Below are positions 21,615 through 32,684 of a stretch of 64,000 nt of DNA, one piece after another. The stretch comes from an uncultured virus (IMG/VR IMGVR_UViG_3300020049_001346) (Duplodnaviria > Heunggongvirae > Uroviricota > Caudoviricetes): IMG/VR virus record IMGVR_UViG_3300020049_001346, one strand, 5' to 3'. How positions within the stretch are numbered: the first letter of the stretch is position 1; each line of letters begins with the position of its first letter. The notes beneath the pieces are model-generated. The model was not told where the DNA came from and ran no database searches. It saw only the letters and a program-made list of their open reading frames with translations. Both the position numbers and the translations under genes were made by a program.

Positions 21615-21625
21615 GTTTTTGTGTT

Positions 21626-22705
21626 TTAAATGTTTCTATTACTTTTTATTTTTAGTCCTCTTCCGCTATCACTTTCAGTAGCTACAACTTTAAAACCAGA
21701 TTGGCTGATTGACTGCGGAGTACTCCTGGTATCCATGTCAATGTTCTTAATTTTTCTTGCATTATCTAATAACGCCTCAGCCTTGCCCTGTTCGTAAAAG
21801 AACGTGGCCATCTTCTCTGGGTTCATAGCAGCTGCTAATGATCTGTGGTAACCAACAGGATCAGATATCATTCCATTTGCATCTATATACTTAGATATAA
21901 AGTTTGAAACATCTGATTGAATTTTCTTAGTCTCCTTAACATCTCCAGGTGAAAACTTAACTGTCTTATCTCCTATAACGAAATCAAAACCTTTGAAATC
22001 ATCAGAGAAAAGCTCCTCCGTCTTCTTTTGAAAATACTCAGATTTTCTGTAATTTTCTTCTTGTTGACTCTGCGAATCTTGAACGTATTTCTTGTAGGCG
22101 TTGTAGGTCTCCTTCTCATCTTCAGAGACAAGACCTCCAGCTGACTCAACTGGTATCTTATATGCCTCCTTTGAATCCTCAAAGTACTTCTTGGCCTTAA
22201 CAAGCTCTTTCTTCTTGGCGAGTTCCTTCTTCTTGATATCCTTTGGATCGTCTAGGTCCTCGTCGTACGAGAACTTGTCCTCAATCATATAAGCTATATC
22301 CTCCTCGTCCAGATCTTCATCTGTCTGTGAGTAGTACTCTGCCAACAATGAGTCTGAATCCATTGAGTTGTAGTCCCTGTTTAACTTAACAAAGTCTTCA
22401 ATTCCGCGTCCAGTCTCTTTCTTATATTTGAAGTATGCAGAAACGTCACCTGGTAACTCCTCTGCCTCTTCTCTCTTTTGAAATAACTCATCAATTGATG
22501 TTACCTCCTTATTGTATCTGTTCTTAATGTACGAAAGTACATCCTCATCCTTTAGTCCTACCTCTTCAACTTGTTCAGTTGTAATAATCGGCTCCTCTTT
22601 CTCCTGACTAAACTTTTCCTCGTGTTGATCTAACAACTGTTGCTCTACCTCTTGAATAGACTTTTGCTCAGAGACACCTAAGTCTCTAACTGTGAAATTT
22701 TCCAT
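21626..22705 (-). CDS. Capsid scaffolding protein (putative)
   Basis: Highly acidic coiled-coil protein directly upstream of the capsid gene. Confidence 0.65.
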   Translation of the reverse strand: MENFTVRDLGVSEQKSIQEVEQQLLDQHEEKFSQEKEEPIITTEQVEEVGLKDEDVLSYIKNRYNKEVTSIDELFQKREEAEELPGDVSAYFKYKKETGRGIEDFVKLNRDYNSMDSDSLLAEYYSQTDEDLDEEDIAYMIEDKFSYDEDLDDPKDIKKKELAKKKELVKAKKYFEDSKEAYKIPVESAGGLVSEDEKETYNAYKKYVQDSQSQQEENYRKSEYFQKKTEELFSDDFKGFDFVIGDKTVKFSPGDVKETKKIQSDVSNFISKYIDANGMISDPVGYHRSLAAAMNPEKMATFFYEQGKAEALLDNARKIKNIDMDTRSTPQSISQSGFKVVATESDSGRGLKIKSNRNI

Positions 22706-22725
22706 TTGATTTGATTTATTTAATT

Positions 22726-23745
22726 TTATGTTAATCTAATTTTTACTACACCTGCTGTATGATATAAATTTCCAACTGCAATTCCTGCTGCTGCTGCTGC
22801 AATATCATTAATGTAGTCTCCAGCTACAGTTGGCAATAAAGCAAGAGTTCCGTCAGCATCTGGAAGGTATACAGCTCTATTTACAGTTGTATTTATAGCT
22901 TGAAATAAATTAGTTGTTTTTAAACCGCCTTGATTTTTGGTAAAAGTAATCTTAGTTGTTTCTACAGTTGTTTCATCTAATGTTGAAGTATTTTTAACAG
23001 ATAATCCAGGTTTTGATACAAAAATCGCAGCAGTGAAATTACCTGTAGTCATTGTTTTTCCATTATCAAATGCTTGCTGTAAACTAAGATCACTTGTCAA
23101 AGCAACAGTTCCTGAAGCGTTAGGCAATGTATATGTTCTATTTGCTGTATGATTACCAGGGTTGTATATTTTAGCAGTATAAATTCCTTTTTGTAAACCC
23201 ACATCAGAACCAATAGTTATATTTCCTAAAATATCTATAGTTTGTATTGCTCCGCTATAAATTTTAGTTATGTTTCCAAAACCATCGTTAACTTCGTTTC
23301 CATTATCTACAGTCTGCTGCAATGTTCCAGCTCCACCAGATGGTCCTTGAGCACCAGTAGGTCCTTGTACACCTTGTATTCCTTCAGCTCCTTGAGAGGC
23401 TAACAGTGCCCAGTTTGTTGTAGCTAGATTTGGAGTTGTAGTTCCAGAAGTTGCTAGTATACAAAAGTAAGACGCTCCTCCATATCCAACAGCATCATCT
23501 GCAACATAAGACGTTCCTGAAACCCATGCACCTTGCCAGTTTAATCCAGCTGGTCCAACTGGTCCTAGAGGTCCTGCTGGCCCTTGAACTCCTTGTGGTC
23601 CCTGTGCTCCAACACCAACTGTGTCTGCTATATCTTGAATAGTATAAGGCTGTGTTTCTGTATTCAACACTGCTGACTTTCTTTCTGTAAGGTTAACATT
23701 TTCTGCTATACCTATAAATCTTGTTCCTGATGGTACTGTACTCAT
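22726..23745 (-). CDS. Collagen-repeat head/tail fibre protein
   Basis: G-X-Y repeats flanking a WQGAW..Y..DDAV.Y.G.SY module; -7 box TAACTTTG at 23759-23766. Confidence 0.65.
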   Translation of the reverse strand: MSTVPSGTRFIGIAENVNLTERKSAVLNTETQPYTIQDIADTVGVGAQGPQGVQGPAGPLGPVGPAGLNWQGAWVSGTSYVADDAVGYGGASYFCILATSGTTTPNLATTNWALLASQGAEGIQGVQGPTGAQGPSGGAGTLQQTVDNGNEVNDGFGNITKIYSGAIQTIDILGNITIGSDVGLQKGIYTAKIYNPGNHTANRTYTLPNASGTVALTSDLSLQQAFDNGKTMTTGNFTAAIFVSKPGLSVKNTSTLDETTVETTKITFTKNQGGLKTTNLFQAINTTVNRAVYLPDADGTLALLPTVAGDYINDIAAAAAGIAVGNLYHTAGVVKIRLT

Positions 23746-23771
23746 TTTATTTTTTTTGCAAAGTTAGTTAT

Positions 23772-26207
23772 TTATCTTGGTTCAAATTCAGCCATATCGA
23801 ATCCATCCAAGCTATCCTCGTTTGACTCAAAGTTTACTGGTGGAAGATTATTCTTACGCTGATCAATTAGCTTTGACTGCTGTGTGTTCTGTATACTTAT
23901 TCTCTTGTCCTTAGCCTTCTCCTTAAGAGTATCCTTCTGATTAAGTTGCTCTGTTTCAACGCCCTTTAGTTGCATCTGTAGATTAAACTCCATCTGCATT
24001 AATTCCATCTTTAGCTGGGCCTCTTGCTTAAGTTTCTCAATATCAAAGCCTACCTCTGCCTGCTTGATCTGCATCTTAGACTGTGTCTCTGCCTGTATGG
24101 CCTGTAACGCACTCTGAGCTGCTGCCTGCTGTGACTGCTGCTGAATCTTGCCCTGCATCTCCTGCTGAGCCTGTTGGTTCTTCTGAATGGTCTCCTCCTT
24201 CTTCTTTCTCTGAAGTTTAAGGTACTGGTTAGCCAGCTTAAGGTTTCTGATCTCTCTGATGTCTATAGCATCCTCTAGATAAATAGCGTCCCTAGACAGA
24301 GCCATCTGAATGTTAGCCTCTAGCTGAGCCTTCTCCTCCTCGTCTGGTGCAACCTCTATAAATATACCGAAGTCGTGTATATGTAAGTCCTTTATATCCT
24401 CTAGTATACTCACGTTGTACTTACCTATCTGAAGGATGAACTCCTCCTTAAAGTCTGAGTACTCTAGTATGTCAGCAACCCTACAAGATATAGCCTCTGA
24501 TAATGTTTTAGTTATGTACAAGCTAGACTCTAGTATGTGTCTTGTAGCTGTGTTCGAATTAAGTGCCGCTAGTTTCTGTACTCCAACTAACGAGTTTGGA
24601 TCTGGCATAGAGCCGTCACGTGCCTCGTTAAGTCCTGTTACATCCCTAATCATTCCTAGGTAGTGGTTGTAGCTTCCTACAAGGCTAGATATCTTGGCCT
24701 GTCCACTGTTTGAATTAAGTTCCTGGATAGGAACCCTTGCGTTATTAAACTCACCGTCTCCTGTGTAGCTCCTACCAATAACACTACCAGTCTGGAAGTA
24801 TAGTCTAAGAGCGTCCTCTGGAGTGTATGCCGATCCAGTACCAAGGTCTACCTCGTTAATACCGTCAGCGTCAATGAATACACCGTCAGGTACAACCTTA
24901 GATATAACCTGCTGTAGTTTTAGGTGCACAACCTGTATAAGGTCAGCAAATGGTATCATTCTCTTTACTAGTGACTCTATAGCTCCCTTGTACATCCTTG
25001 GAGCAACAGCCACATAGTTTGGAATTGCATGCTGAGATGCAGACTTAGGTCTTACCATATTTCTTGATAACTCCCACTTAAGCATTATGTTAGTTCCCAT
25101 AACCATAACACCATCGTACCAAACGTCTATAGTCTTTTCTATTTTTTCAAAATTACCCTCGTCCATCATCTCCTGTGGAGGGTTGAACGTGTCTTCCTTG
25201 TCTATTATCTTGAAGTTTCCATTGTCTAGATTCTTCTTCTTGTATACTATCTTCTTGGTAGTCTTATAGTTAAAATATAACAGTGTAGCAGAGTCCTTAC
25301 TAAAGAGGCTGTTGTTATAAAACTGGGATGAATTATTATAGTTGTACCAAGACTGACTATACTTAGAAATCTCTTCAAGTTGTTCATTAGTTAAGGTAGT
25401 GTCTATCTTTACAAGCTCTGTTATTGGAACTGTCTTTATCTCTCCCCAGTAGAAGCAGTCCTTAAAGTTTGGATCTTCTGTGTAGCTGTAAACTATGTTT
25501 GCTGGATCTACGTACTCAATCTTTACACCAGCTCCTGGAAGGAACATGTGCTTTGCAACACCAATTCCTAGCGTGGCAATGTCGTAGTCTATTCTTTTTC
25601 TTGTCTCGTTGTATTTATTCTGATCCAGAATTGTGTTGATGGCCTCCTCCTCAGCAATCTCTATAGCTGGCTTGTACTTAAGCTCCATGTATAGAGCAAG
25701 CTCCTCGTCATTCTCTGGAAGCTCCTCTGGGTTTGTATCAAACGCGTCAACGCCTAGGTTGTTCTTGATATCTGTAAGAATATCCTTTGACAGCATATCG
25801 GCCTGTATCATGTCCTGATACTTGGTCTTCTTCTGTAGTGATATCGAGTCCTGTGCGTATGCCTTAACCTTGAACAGTCTGTCGTTCATTCCGTTAACAA
25901 CAACGTCAACAAACTTTGGTATGATAGGTACTGGAGTCCAGTCCAGGTTCAGGTGACTAAGGTCACCATCAACAGCCATCTCGTTCTTGTACTTGGCCAC
26001 CGACTGCTCACCCCTTGCGTATAGTCTTAATCTATGGAAGTCTCCCCACTGATTATAAAATCTTGAGTTACTGTTATCCTTTCTGAACCACTCGTAAGTG
26101 ATAGAAGCGCCAATTTGCAATCCATATTCATAAGATTCTTTTTCTTTATCTGACGCAAACTGGTCAGGAAATGATGTAGCAGGTATATTTATTTTTACTT
26201 CTTTCAT
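23772..26207 (-). CDS. Portal protein
   Basis: 811 aa after terminase; PVPIIPKFVD, RDVTGLNEARDG and GVQKLAA motifs; Gln-rich C-terminal coiled coil. Confidence 0.85.
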   Translation of the reverse strand: MKEVKINIPATSFPDQFASDKEKESYEYGLQIGASITYEWFRKDNSNSRFYNQWGDFHRLRLYARGEQSVAKYKNEMAVDGDLSHLNLDWTPVPIIPKFVDVVVNGMNDRLFKVKAYAQDSISLQKKTKYQDMIQADMLSKDILTDIKNNLGVDAFDTNPEELPENDEELALYMELKYKPAIEIAEEEAINTILDQNKYNETRKRIDYDIATLGIGVAKHMFLPGAGVKIEYVDPANIVYSYTEDPNFKDCFYWGEIKTVPITELVKIDTTLTNEQLEEISKYSQSWYNYNNSSQFYNNSLFSKDSATLLYFNYKTTKKIVYKKKNLDNGNFKIIDKEDTFNPPQEMMDEGNFEKIEKTIDVWYDGVMVMGTNIMLKWELSRNMVRPKSASQHAIPNYVAVAPRMYKGAIESLVKRMIPFADLIQVVHLKLQQVISKVVPDGVFIDADGINEVDLGTGSAYTPEDALRLYFQTGSVIGRSYTGDGEFNNARVPIQELNSNSGQAKISSLVGSYNHYLGMIRDVTGLNEARDGSMPDPNSLVGVQKLAALNSNTATRHILESSLYITKTLSEAISCRVADILEYSDFKEEFILQIGKYNVSILEDIKDLHIHDFGIFIEVAPDEEEKAQLEANIQMALSRDAIYLEDAIDIREIRNLKLANQYLKLQRKKKEETIQKNQQAQQEMQGKIQQQSQQAAAQSALQAIQAETQSKMQIKQAEVGFDIEKLKQEAQLKMELMQMEFNLQMQLKGVETEQLNQKDTLKEKAKDKRISIQNTQQSKLIDQRKNNLPPVNFESNEDSLDGFDMAEFEPR

Positions 26208-26279
26208 TTATATATGTTTCCAAGTATTTCTGTTTAATATACTGGTATTGGTATTTTTTATACCATACAGAGATATAAG

Positions 26280-28526
26280 TTATTTTATAATTTCACTATA
26301 TCTTCCGTTGTTATTATATTTCGCAAAGGTAATGCTTAATTTCGATTCTTTTTTTGCCGTAAGGTACACATTCTTTTGGTTAGCCATTATAGCTAGTCCA
26401 GAGCTAATTGCAGCGTCAAACTTTGTCCTGTTGTTTATATCAAACTTGGCCCACTCCTCTATTGTTCTAGTAAAGTACATGCTACCCATCTCGTCAGAGT
26501 CCCTGTACGTACCCTCCATATCTAGTCCTACGTACTTCTCTATGTACGACTCAATTGCAGCCGCGTGAGACTGCTTAACGTCCTCAGATGAGTTAGGTAT
26601 ACCACCTAGCTCCTTCTCTGTCTTAGAGAGGTTTGTTATGTGCTTGTCTGGCCTGTTCATAGAGAAGCCCCTGTAGCCCCTGTTCTTTAAGTGGTAAAGT
26701 AGCCTCGGCTTATTATTCTCTACAAGTATTGGCATACCGTAGAACACACACGCCATCAGGACCTCCTCAAAGAATATCTCTGCCGTCTGTGGCCTTGCTA
26801 TGTACTCAAGGAAGAAGTGGTTGCTTGGTGCGTCGTCCATATTGAACTTAGTCAGTCCGTGAAGCGATCCGTTAGACCCACCTCCACCAACTGTACCAGA
26901 TATGTCGTATGGGTCACAACCAAACGCACCGATGTGGTCGTTACCTGGGTATCTCATCCCGTTCTTATTGATTACATTGTTCTGTAGTTGATTGCTTGGT
27001 ATCCAAGACACTAGAAATCTACCCCTTGTGTCTGGTGTCCACACAACCCTCGTGTCCTTCTCTCCGTTGTGCCAACTGAACGATCCTCTCGTTAGAACCC
27101 TGTCCTTTATAAGCGAGTCGTTGTAGTCTATCTGCTGGTATATCTTTGTAAGATTGAATATGGATGACTTGCTCTCGTCCCTAAATGCGTGAGATTCTGT
27201 CCTGGAGAACTGCCTGTAGAACTCGTTAAGAGCATCAGCGTCACCCTTAAGAGACTCGACCTCGTTCTCCCAGTAGTCAACTGCACCAGTCCTTATCATT
27301 GACCTGTCTATACTCTGAACTGGCTTTTCTGGTTCTCTGAACACTGGCATACCGTATATGTCTATATACCCCTCAAAGTTCCACTCCATAGGTATATACA
27401 GCGAGTACATACCAGACTTAGTCTGTCCGTTGTTGTTCCTTGTCTTTATGTTAGAGTCCTCGTACAGCCTCTTGAAGTTAGATCCTCCCTTTGCAAGCGC
27501 ATTAGGTGTCGATCCCATTAGGCACTTACCTATGATTCTGCTACCTAATCGTAGACATGTCTTGGTAACCCTCCAGTTGTTCAGGATGTTATCTGGTGCA
27601 AGCCACTTACCGCTCTCGTCGTGTATTAGTAGCTGTAGCTTCTGACCATCGTATGAGTTATCTCCTGTGTTCTTCCAGTCAATTGTTGTGTCAAGACCCT
27701 GTATCTCAACGTCTCCATCCTCGTACATGTTCTTCTTGGTGATCTTGGATGCAGGAACCCTGAACGCTAGCTCTGTCTTAGGCTTGTCCATACCATCCTG
27801 TATCGGCTTGAAGAAGAACGGGTAGTTGTTCACAATGGGTACAACCTTGTCTGTAAACATTGTCTTGGCATCGTTACCAGTCTTAGATAGTATCCCAAGT
27901 CTTGCATCCTTTGCAAGGGTTCCTATGTTAGCCAGCTCGCTTGATCCCATGAAAGAGAACCCAGAACGTCTGATCTTCAGGTAGGTCATACCGAAGCACC
28001 TGTCGTCAGCCTTGCAGGCCTCCCAGAATATAAAGAACACCCTGTTAGCCTCTCTGAAGTCTGGAAGTCCAACGTCAATCTTTGTCCACTGCAGGTACAT
28101 GTACTGAGAACCAGTTATGTACGTGTCGATGCCGTTGTTCTTGAAGAAGAACCCGTTCTCTCTACGGTCAAACTCACCCTCTATGTAGTCCACCCACTTA
28201 GCCTTGAACTCCTTTGACATCGTGTGCCACTGAAATATAGACTTTATGTTTGATAGTTCCCTTGGGTAGTCAGCTGGTTCCCAGTACTGGTTCTCCTTCT
28301 TCTCGTCCCTTTTATACACAATTTTTGGGACGGATGGTAGCGCTATATTGAGACCATTTATCTCGTATATGTCACCAATGGTTCCGTCCTTAGATATTAC
28401 AACCAGGTCGTGCTTCTCGTCATAACCATAGGCCCAAGACTTGGCCTTGTTCTTCATGTGTATGGTGTTAGCAGGAAGGAACTCGCTAAGCCTTGTGTAT
28501 AGATTATTTTGATCTTTTTTCTGCAA
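26280..28526 (-). CDS. terL: Terminase large subunit
   Basis: Walker A-like KIRRSGFS, Walker B LLIHDESGK, motif III GSTPN, RNase H-like GCDPYD and C-terminal FDAAISSG. Confidence 0.9.
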   Translation of the reverse strand: MQKKDQNNLYTRLSEFLPANTIHMKNKAKSWAYGYDEKHDLVVISKDGTIGDIYEINGLNIALPSVPKIVYKRDEKKENQYWEPADYPRELSNIKSIFQWHTMSKEFKAKWVDYIEGEFDRRENGFFFKNNGIDTYITGSQYMYLQWTKIDVGLPDFREANRVFFIFWEACKADDRCFGMTYLKIRRSGFSFMGSSELANIGTLAKDARLGILSKTGNDAKTMFTDKVVPIVNNYPFFFKPIQDGMDKPKTELAFRVPASKITKKNMYEDGDVEIQGLDTTIDWKNTGDNSYDGQKLQLLIHDESGKWLAPDNILNNWRVTKTCLRLGSRIIGKCLMGSTPNALAKGGSNFKRLYEDSNIKTRNNNGQTKSGMYSLYIPMEWNFEGYIDIYGMPVFREPEKPVQSIDRSMIRTGAVDYWENEVESLKGDADALNEFYRQFSRTESHAFRDESKSSIFNLTKIYQQIDYNDSLIKDRVLTRGSFSWHNGEKDTRVVWTPDTRGRFLVSWIPSNQLQNNVINKNGMRYPGNDHIGAFGCDPYDISGTVGGGGSNGSLHGLTKFNMDDAPSNHFFLEYIARPQTAEIFFEEVLMACVFYGMPILVENNKPRLLYHLKNRGYRGFSMNRPDKHITNLSKTEKELGGIPNSSEDVKQSHAAAIESYIEKYVGLDMEGTYRDSDEMGSMYFTRTIEEWAKFDINNRTKFDAAISSGLAIMANQKNVYLTAKKESKLSITFAKYNNNGRYSEIIK

Positions 28527-28776
28527 ATCCCTGTATTTTAGGTTCCGATACCTTAACCTCCTCGGTTAGTTTGTCGTTCTCTTGCTCTATCCTGTTCAGT
28601 ATCTGGAAGGCGTCTTCGATTGCAAGCCTTTTGGTAGCTGCTGCGTTCTTTAGCTTGTCTGCAGATAGGTCTGTATCCATACCAGTTATAATCTCGTCCT
28701 CTGCAACCTTTATCAACTCATTCACAGCCTTGTACCCAGCAGCAATGATCTTCTGTTTTATTATGTTGTGGTCCAT
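28504..28776 (-). CDS. Possible terminase small subunit
   Basis: 90-aa helical protein overlapping the terL start; call is positional only. Confidence 0.4.
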   Translation of the reverse strand: MDHNIIKQKIIAAGYKAVNELIKVAEDEIITGMDTDLSADKLKNAAATKRLAIEDAFQILNRIEQENDKLTEEVKVSEPKIQGFAEKRSK

Positions 28777-29333
28777 TTGATTGTAATGTTTTTGGTGGTC
28801 ATCCTGTACAGCTTCTCGTCGTTTATATAGAATGGGTACTCACTATCTGGCTCAAACGAGATCTCATCTCCAATGCTTAGACCAAGGTCTAGCAACTCTT
28901 GATTTATGTAGACAATAGTACCCATCAGTGGTTCCTCCTTGCTGTTCTTGTTTATTGTAGATTCAATCTGCTTAAGCGGCTTGATAAAGCAGTACTTGGA
29001 GTGTGTGTTCCACTCACCGTTCTGGTTGTACATGAAGTACTGCTCGTCGTCTATAAAGAATAGGTCATCCTTAAAGAAGCTGGCTCCGCTCTTCTCCTTA
29101 CCCTTCATGTCGTAGTAGACCTTGAATACGTTGTGGTGAACTAGAAGTATATCGTTAACTTTTACTTTTCCGTCGTAAGTTATAGGTACACTTACAACTT
29201 CTGCAAGCCTGTTAGATACCGTGTGGTCCTCCTTAGACGTGCTGGTTATAAAGTCAACCCCTCCAATCCTCTTTATATTATCGTATCGCCTACCATCTAA
29301 TGGTCGGACGACAAACATATCTGGGGATCTCAT
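28761..29333 (-). CDS. Tandem GroES/Cpn10-like protein
   Basis: Two GroES-like units: FVVRP..AEVVSVP..VKVNDILL and FIKPL..GTIVY..LSIGDEISF. Confidence 0.5.
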   Translation of the reverse strand: MRSPDMFVVRPLDGRRYDNIKRIGGVDFITSTSKEDHTVSNRLAEVVSVPITYDGKVKVNDILLVHHNVFKVYYDMKGKEKSGASFFKDDLFFIDDEQYFMYNQNGEWNTHSKYCFIKPLKQIESTINKNSKEEPLMGTIVYINQELLDLGLSIGDEISFEPDSEYPFYINDEKLYRMTTKNITIKWTTT

Positions 29334-29560
29334 CAGAAGTTTATATTATACTCTAGCGAGACTGGCATGTTAATGTTGAACTCCTTCCAGCAGAACACCT
29401 CTGAGTTCTTCTCTATCCAAACCTTTATACCTCCAGACTTGTCGTCTAGAAGTATAGAGTGCACTGTGTAGCTCTTATCCAGGACCTCCTGACCGACGAT
29501 GAAGTGCATCGCGTCGCTCTTGTAGTTAGGCCCTATAGATATCTTTCTAATATCGTTCAT
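29333..29560 (-). CDS. Hypothetical phage protein
   Basis: 75-aa ORF translationally coupled to the next gene. Confidence 0.7.
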   Translation of the reverse strand: MNDIRKISIGPNYKSDAMHFIVGQEVLDKSYTVHSILLDDKSGGIKVWIEKNSEVFCWKEFNINMPVSLEYNINF

Positions 29561-29564
29561 TTGA

Positions 29565-32500
29565 TTATCCTAATATTACATTTCCACCACTAGTCCATGC
29601 TGCGTTGTATGTACTTCCTTGAAGTTCTATTACTGTAGTGTTTACTACTGTAACTGTCCATGTTCCATTTGCATTTGTTGTTCCTCCAACGCCATAGATA
29701 TAAACTGAATTTCCTGTTATAAATCCATGAGCAGCAGTTGTTGTCACTATAATTAGTCCTCCGTTATTTGATGTACCAGAAACTGTTAATAAACCATCTG
29801 CTATTGTCCAATTATTCGGACTTGTTAATAATGTATCTTTCCCTGGTTTACCAGCTTGTGTATACTTAGCTGTTCCAAAACTTATTGTTATATTTGGTTT
29901 AACACCATTTACTATCCATCCATTATATATTGCATCTAGGTTAGTTGATGAGAAATTGGCTGGTGTCTTACTATCCATAAATCCACTAAAATCAGTAACA
30001 TTACTTACATTCCATGATCCTATATTTTGGTTAAAGGCATTAGCACCAGTAAACATTAGTTGCATTGTAGTTACTCTAGATGTATTCCAAGAACCTATAG
30101 GTTGGTCAAATGCGGAAGCACCACTAAACATCTGCCACATACTAATACCTCCAGTTGATTTTAGTATCCAAGATCCAATAGATGGACTTCCCCCATTGTT
30201 AAACCTAATAGAATTCCTAAACATAAAACCAAAATCACCACAAGTACTTACATTAAATCCACCTATATTACAGTTAAATGCAGTGGCACCATCAAACATT
30301 TGACCCATAGTAGTTACACCAATAGTGTTCCATGTTAATGTGCCAGGAAGCCCTATTGCAAGACCATTATTAAATGAAATGTTACCATTAAACATACTTA
30401 ACATAGTATTTACTCTAGATACATTCCAAGAACCAATATTTCTGTTAAATGATCCTGCAGATCGGAACATACCAGCCATACTTACTGATGCTCCTACTGA
30501 AGTGTTTATGTTCCAACCATTTATACCTGGTAGTGAAGTTATAGGATTTATATTTGAATTACCACCATTATTAAATGCTGTAGCAATATAGAACATATTT
30601 GCAAATGTTGTCACTTTAGATACATTCCAACTACTAATGTCTTGATTAAATGATTGTGCACCAGCAAACATATCGCTCATAGTAGTAACATTACTAACAT
30701 TCCAGTTTTCAATTGGCTGATTAAATGAGCAACTACTAAACATACTAGACATATTAGAAACTCTACTTACGTTCCAAGACCCAATAGGTCTGTTAAATGG
30801 ATGTTGTTGGTTAGTACCAATAAACATTCCATACATACTAACTGATGCTGTAGGTGATGTATTTATATTCCAACCATTTATACCTGGTAATAAAGTTATA
30901 GGATTTGTATCTGAATTACCTCCATTATTAAATAACATTGTAGTTCCATTACCATAAAACATGGTATCAAATGTGGTAACTTTTCCAACATTCCATTTAC
31001 TAATGTCTTGGTTGAATATTCTAGCATTAGTAAACATATTAGCCATATTGGTCACATTACTAACATTCCAGTTTCCAATTGATTGGTTAAATACACGTGC
31101 CTCATAAAACATACTAGCCATACTTACTGATGCTGCTGTAGGGTTTATAGCCCAATTGTTTATATCAGAACTTCCGTTATTGTTAAAGGCGGTAGCACTA
31201 TTAAACATATTTGCAAATGTTGTTACCTTACTAACATTCCATGCTCCTATATTTTGATTAAAGGCAGAGCTACTAAACATACTGCTCATATCTGTAACAT
31301 TACCCATTGTAGAAGTATCAGGTGATGATAATCTTTCCCAGTTTGCTAGTGGTTGGTTGAATACATTGGTGTTAGCAAACATAGAACTTGTATTAGTTAC
31401 TTTAGTCATGTTCCAGTTACTAATAGCTCTATTGAAAGCATCAGCATTGTTAAACATACTAGTCATACTAATTGTACCTGTCACACTTCCTCCTATATTC
31501 CAATTATTTATTTTAGATTTAGTAACATCGCTTTCATCTCCATTGTTAAAGTTAGATGCTCCACTGAACATACTTGAAAATGTTGTCACTTTGCTCACAT
31601 CCCATGGTGTTGTTCCTGTTCCTAGGTTAGAATTGAATGCAGAAGCACCCTGGAACATAGAAGTCATATTAGTCACATTAATAGTATTCCAAGGTAATTG
31701 GTTTGTTACTCCAGATGCAAATCCATTATTAAATTTAGATGCATTTTCAAACATAAAACTCATTGTGGTAACACTGATTGTATTCCAATTACTAATATCT
31801 AAATTAAAATTTGTACATATACTAAACATAGAAGACATATTAGTAACTAAACTTGTGTCCCACTCATTCATTCTACCAACAGTAGTAATCTTAGAGCATC
31901 CATAAAACATTGCGTTTAAATTAGTCACTCCAGTTAAATCAGGAATATCAGTTATTCCAGACATAGTAACATTAGAACATCCATTAAAAGAAGATGACCC
32001 TAATTTTATTTTACCCCAACTAGATATAGACTTTATTTTTAATCTATCATTAATAGTACTAGAAATACTAAATCCAAAACTGAAGTCATCTCCAAATATT
32101 CTTACTGGATACTCTCCTGGTGTTGTATACGTGTGTATTCTATTTACAACAATATTAGTGCTGTTTGCAGTGCTATACTGACCATCTCCCCAGTCTATCC
32201 ATACTGACTTTCCAGAGGCAAGAGTTATTGGTAACTGTATTTGATTAAGTGCTGATGAACTTGTTTTTATACTTAGTGATACAGTTCCAACAAAGTCATT
32301 TGATGGAGTAATTGATAACTTAATTGCTGCATTTATTGGTGTTAGTATTGTTGTAGTGGTAGCAGTTAATGAAGCACTTGACACTCCTCCAAAGTTTATT
32401 ATAACTGAACCTGTTGATCCTGCTGAAAGCGTACATATTATTTGATAACTCTGTCCTGCAGTAGGTGTTAAGTTATTAACTAGTAACACAGCTGTATTTC

Positions 32501-32684
32501 CTACAGTATGAGTGTATCCACCTGTCAAAAGATTTGTTCCACTCCACCCTGATGGCAGTGGTGTTGTTGCTGCTGTATTAGCTAGTTCTATATTACTAAC
32601 TGTAACAGCAGTATCTGTCTTCCAAACAGATTGAAATAAACTTAATTTTTTTGTTCCGTATGTTTGGAATGCTAGTCTATTCAT
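29565..32684 (-). CDS. BspA-like/DUF285 repeat surface (receptor-binding?) protein
   Basis: Many repeats of FNQxIxxWNVSxVTxMxxMF, preceded by a PKD-like IDWGDG..HTYTTPGEY module. Confidence 0.85.
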   Translation of the reverse strand: MNRLAFQTYGTKKLSLFQSVWKTDTAVTVSNIELANTAATTPLPSGWSGTNLLTGGYTHTVGNTAVLLVNNLTPTAGQSYQIICTLSAGSTGSVIINFGGVSSASLTATTTTILTPINAAIKLSITPSNDFVGTVSLSIKTSSSALNQIQLPITLASGKSVWIDWGDGQYSTANSTNIVVNRIHTYTTPGEYPVRIFGDDFSFGFSISSTINDRLKIKSISSWGKIKLGSSSFNGCSNVTMSGITDIPDLTGVTNLNAMFYGCSKITTVGRMNEWDTSLVTNMSSMFSICTNFNLDISNWNTISVTTMSFMFENASKFNNGFASGVTNQLPWNTINVTNMTSMFQGASAFNSNLGTGTTPWDVSKVTTFSSMFSGASNFNNGDESDVTKSKINNWNIGGSVTGTISMTSMFNNADAFNRAISNWNMTKVTNTSSMFANTNVFNQPLANWERLSSPDTSTMGNVTDMSSMFSSSAFNQNIGAWNVSKVTTFANMFNSATAFNNNGSSDINNWAINPTAASVSMASMFYEARVFNQSIGNWNVSNVTNMANMFTNARIFNQDISKWNVGKVTTFDTMFYGNGTTMLFNNGGNSDTNPITLLPGINGWNINTSPTASVSMYGMFIGTNQQHPFNRPIGSWNVSRVSNMSSMFSSCSFNQPIENWNVSNVTTMSDMFAGAQSFNQDISSWNVSKVTTFANMFYIATAFNNGGNSNINPITSLPGINGWNINTSVGASVSMAGMFRSAGSFNRNIGSWNVSRVNTMLSMFNGNISFNNGLAIGLPGTLTWNTIGVTTMGQMFDGATAFNCNIGGFNVSTCGDFGFMFRNSIRFNNGGSPSIGSWILKSTGGISMWQMFSGASAFDQPIGSWNTSRVTTMQLMFTGANAFNQNIGSWNVSNVTDFSGFMDSKTPANFSSTNLDAIYNGWIVNGVKPNITISFGTAKYTQAGKPGKDTLLTSPNNWTIADGLLTVSGTSNNGGLIIVTTTAAHGFITGNSVYIYGVGGTTNANGTWTVTVVNTTVIELQGSTYNAAWTSGGNVILG

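Noticed and set aside
29565..32684. Diversity-generating retroelement target
   Set aside because: No reverse transcriptase and no non-coding template repeat differing only at adenines was seen
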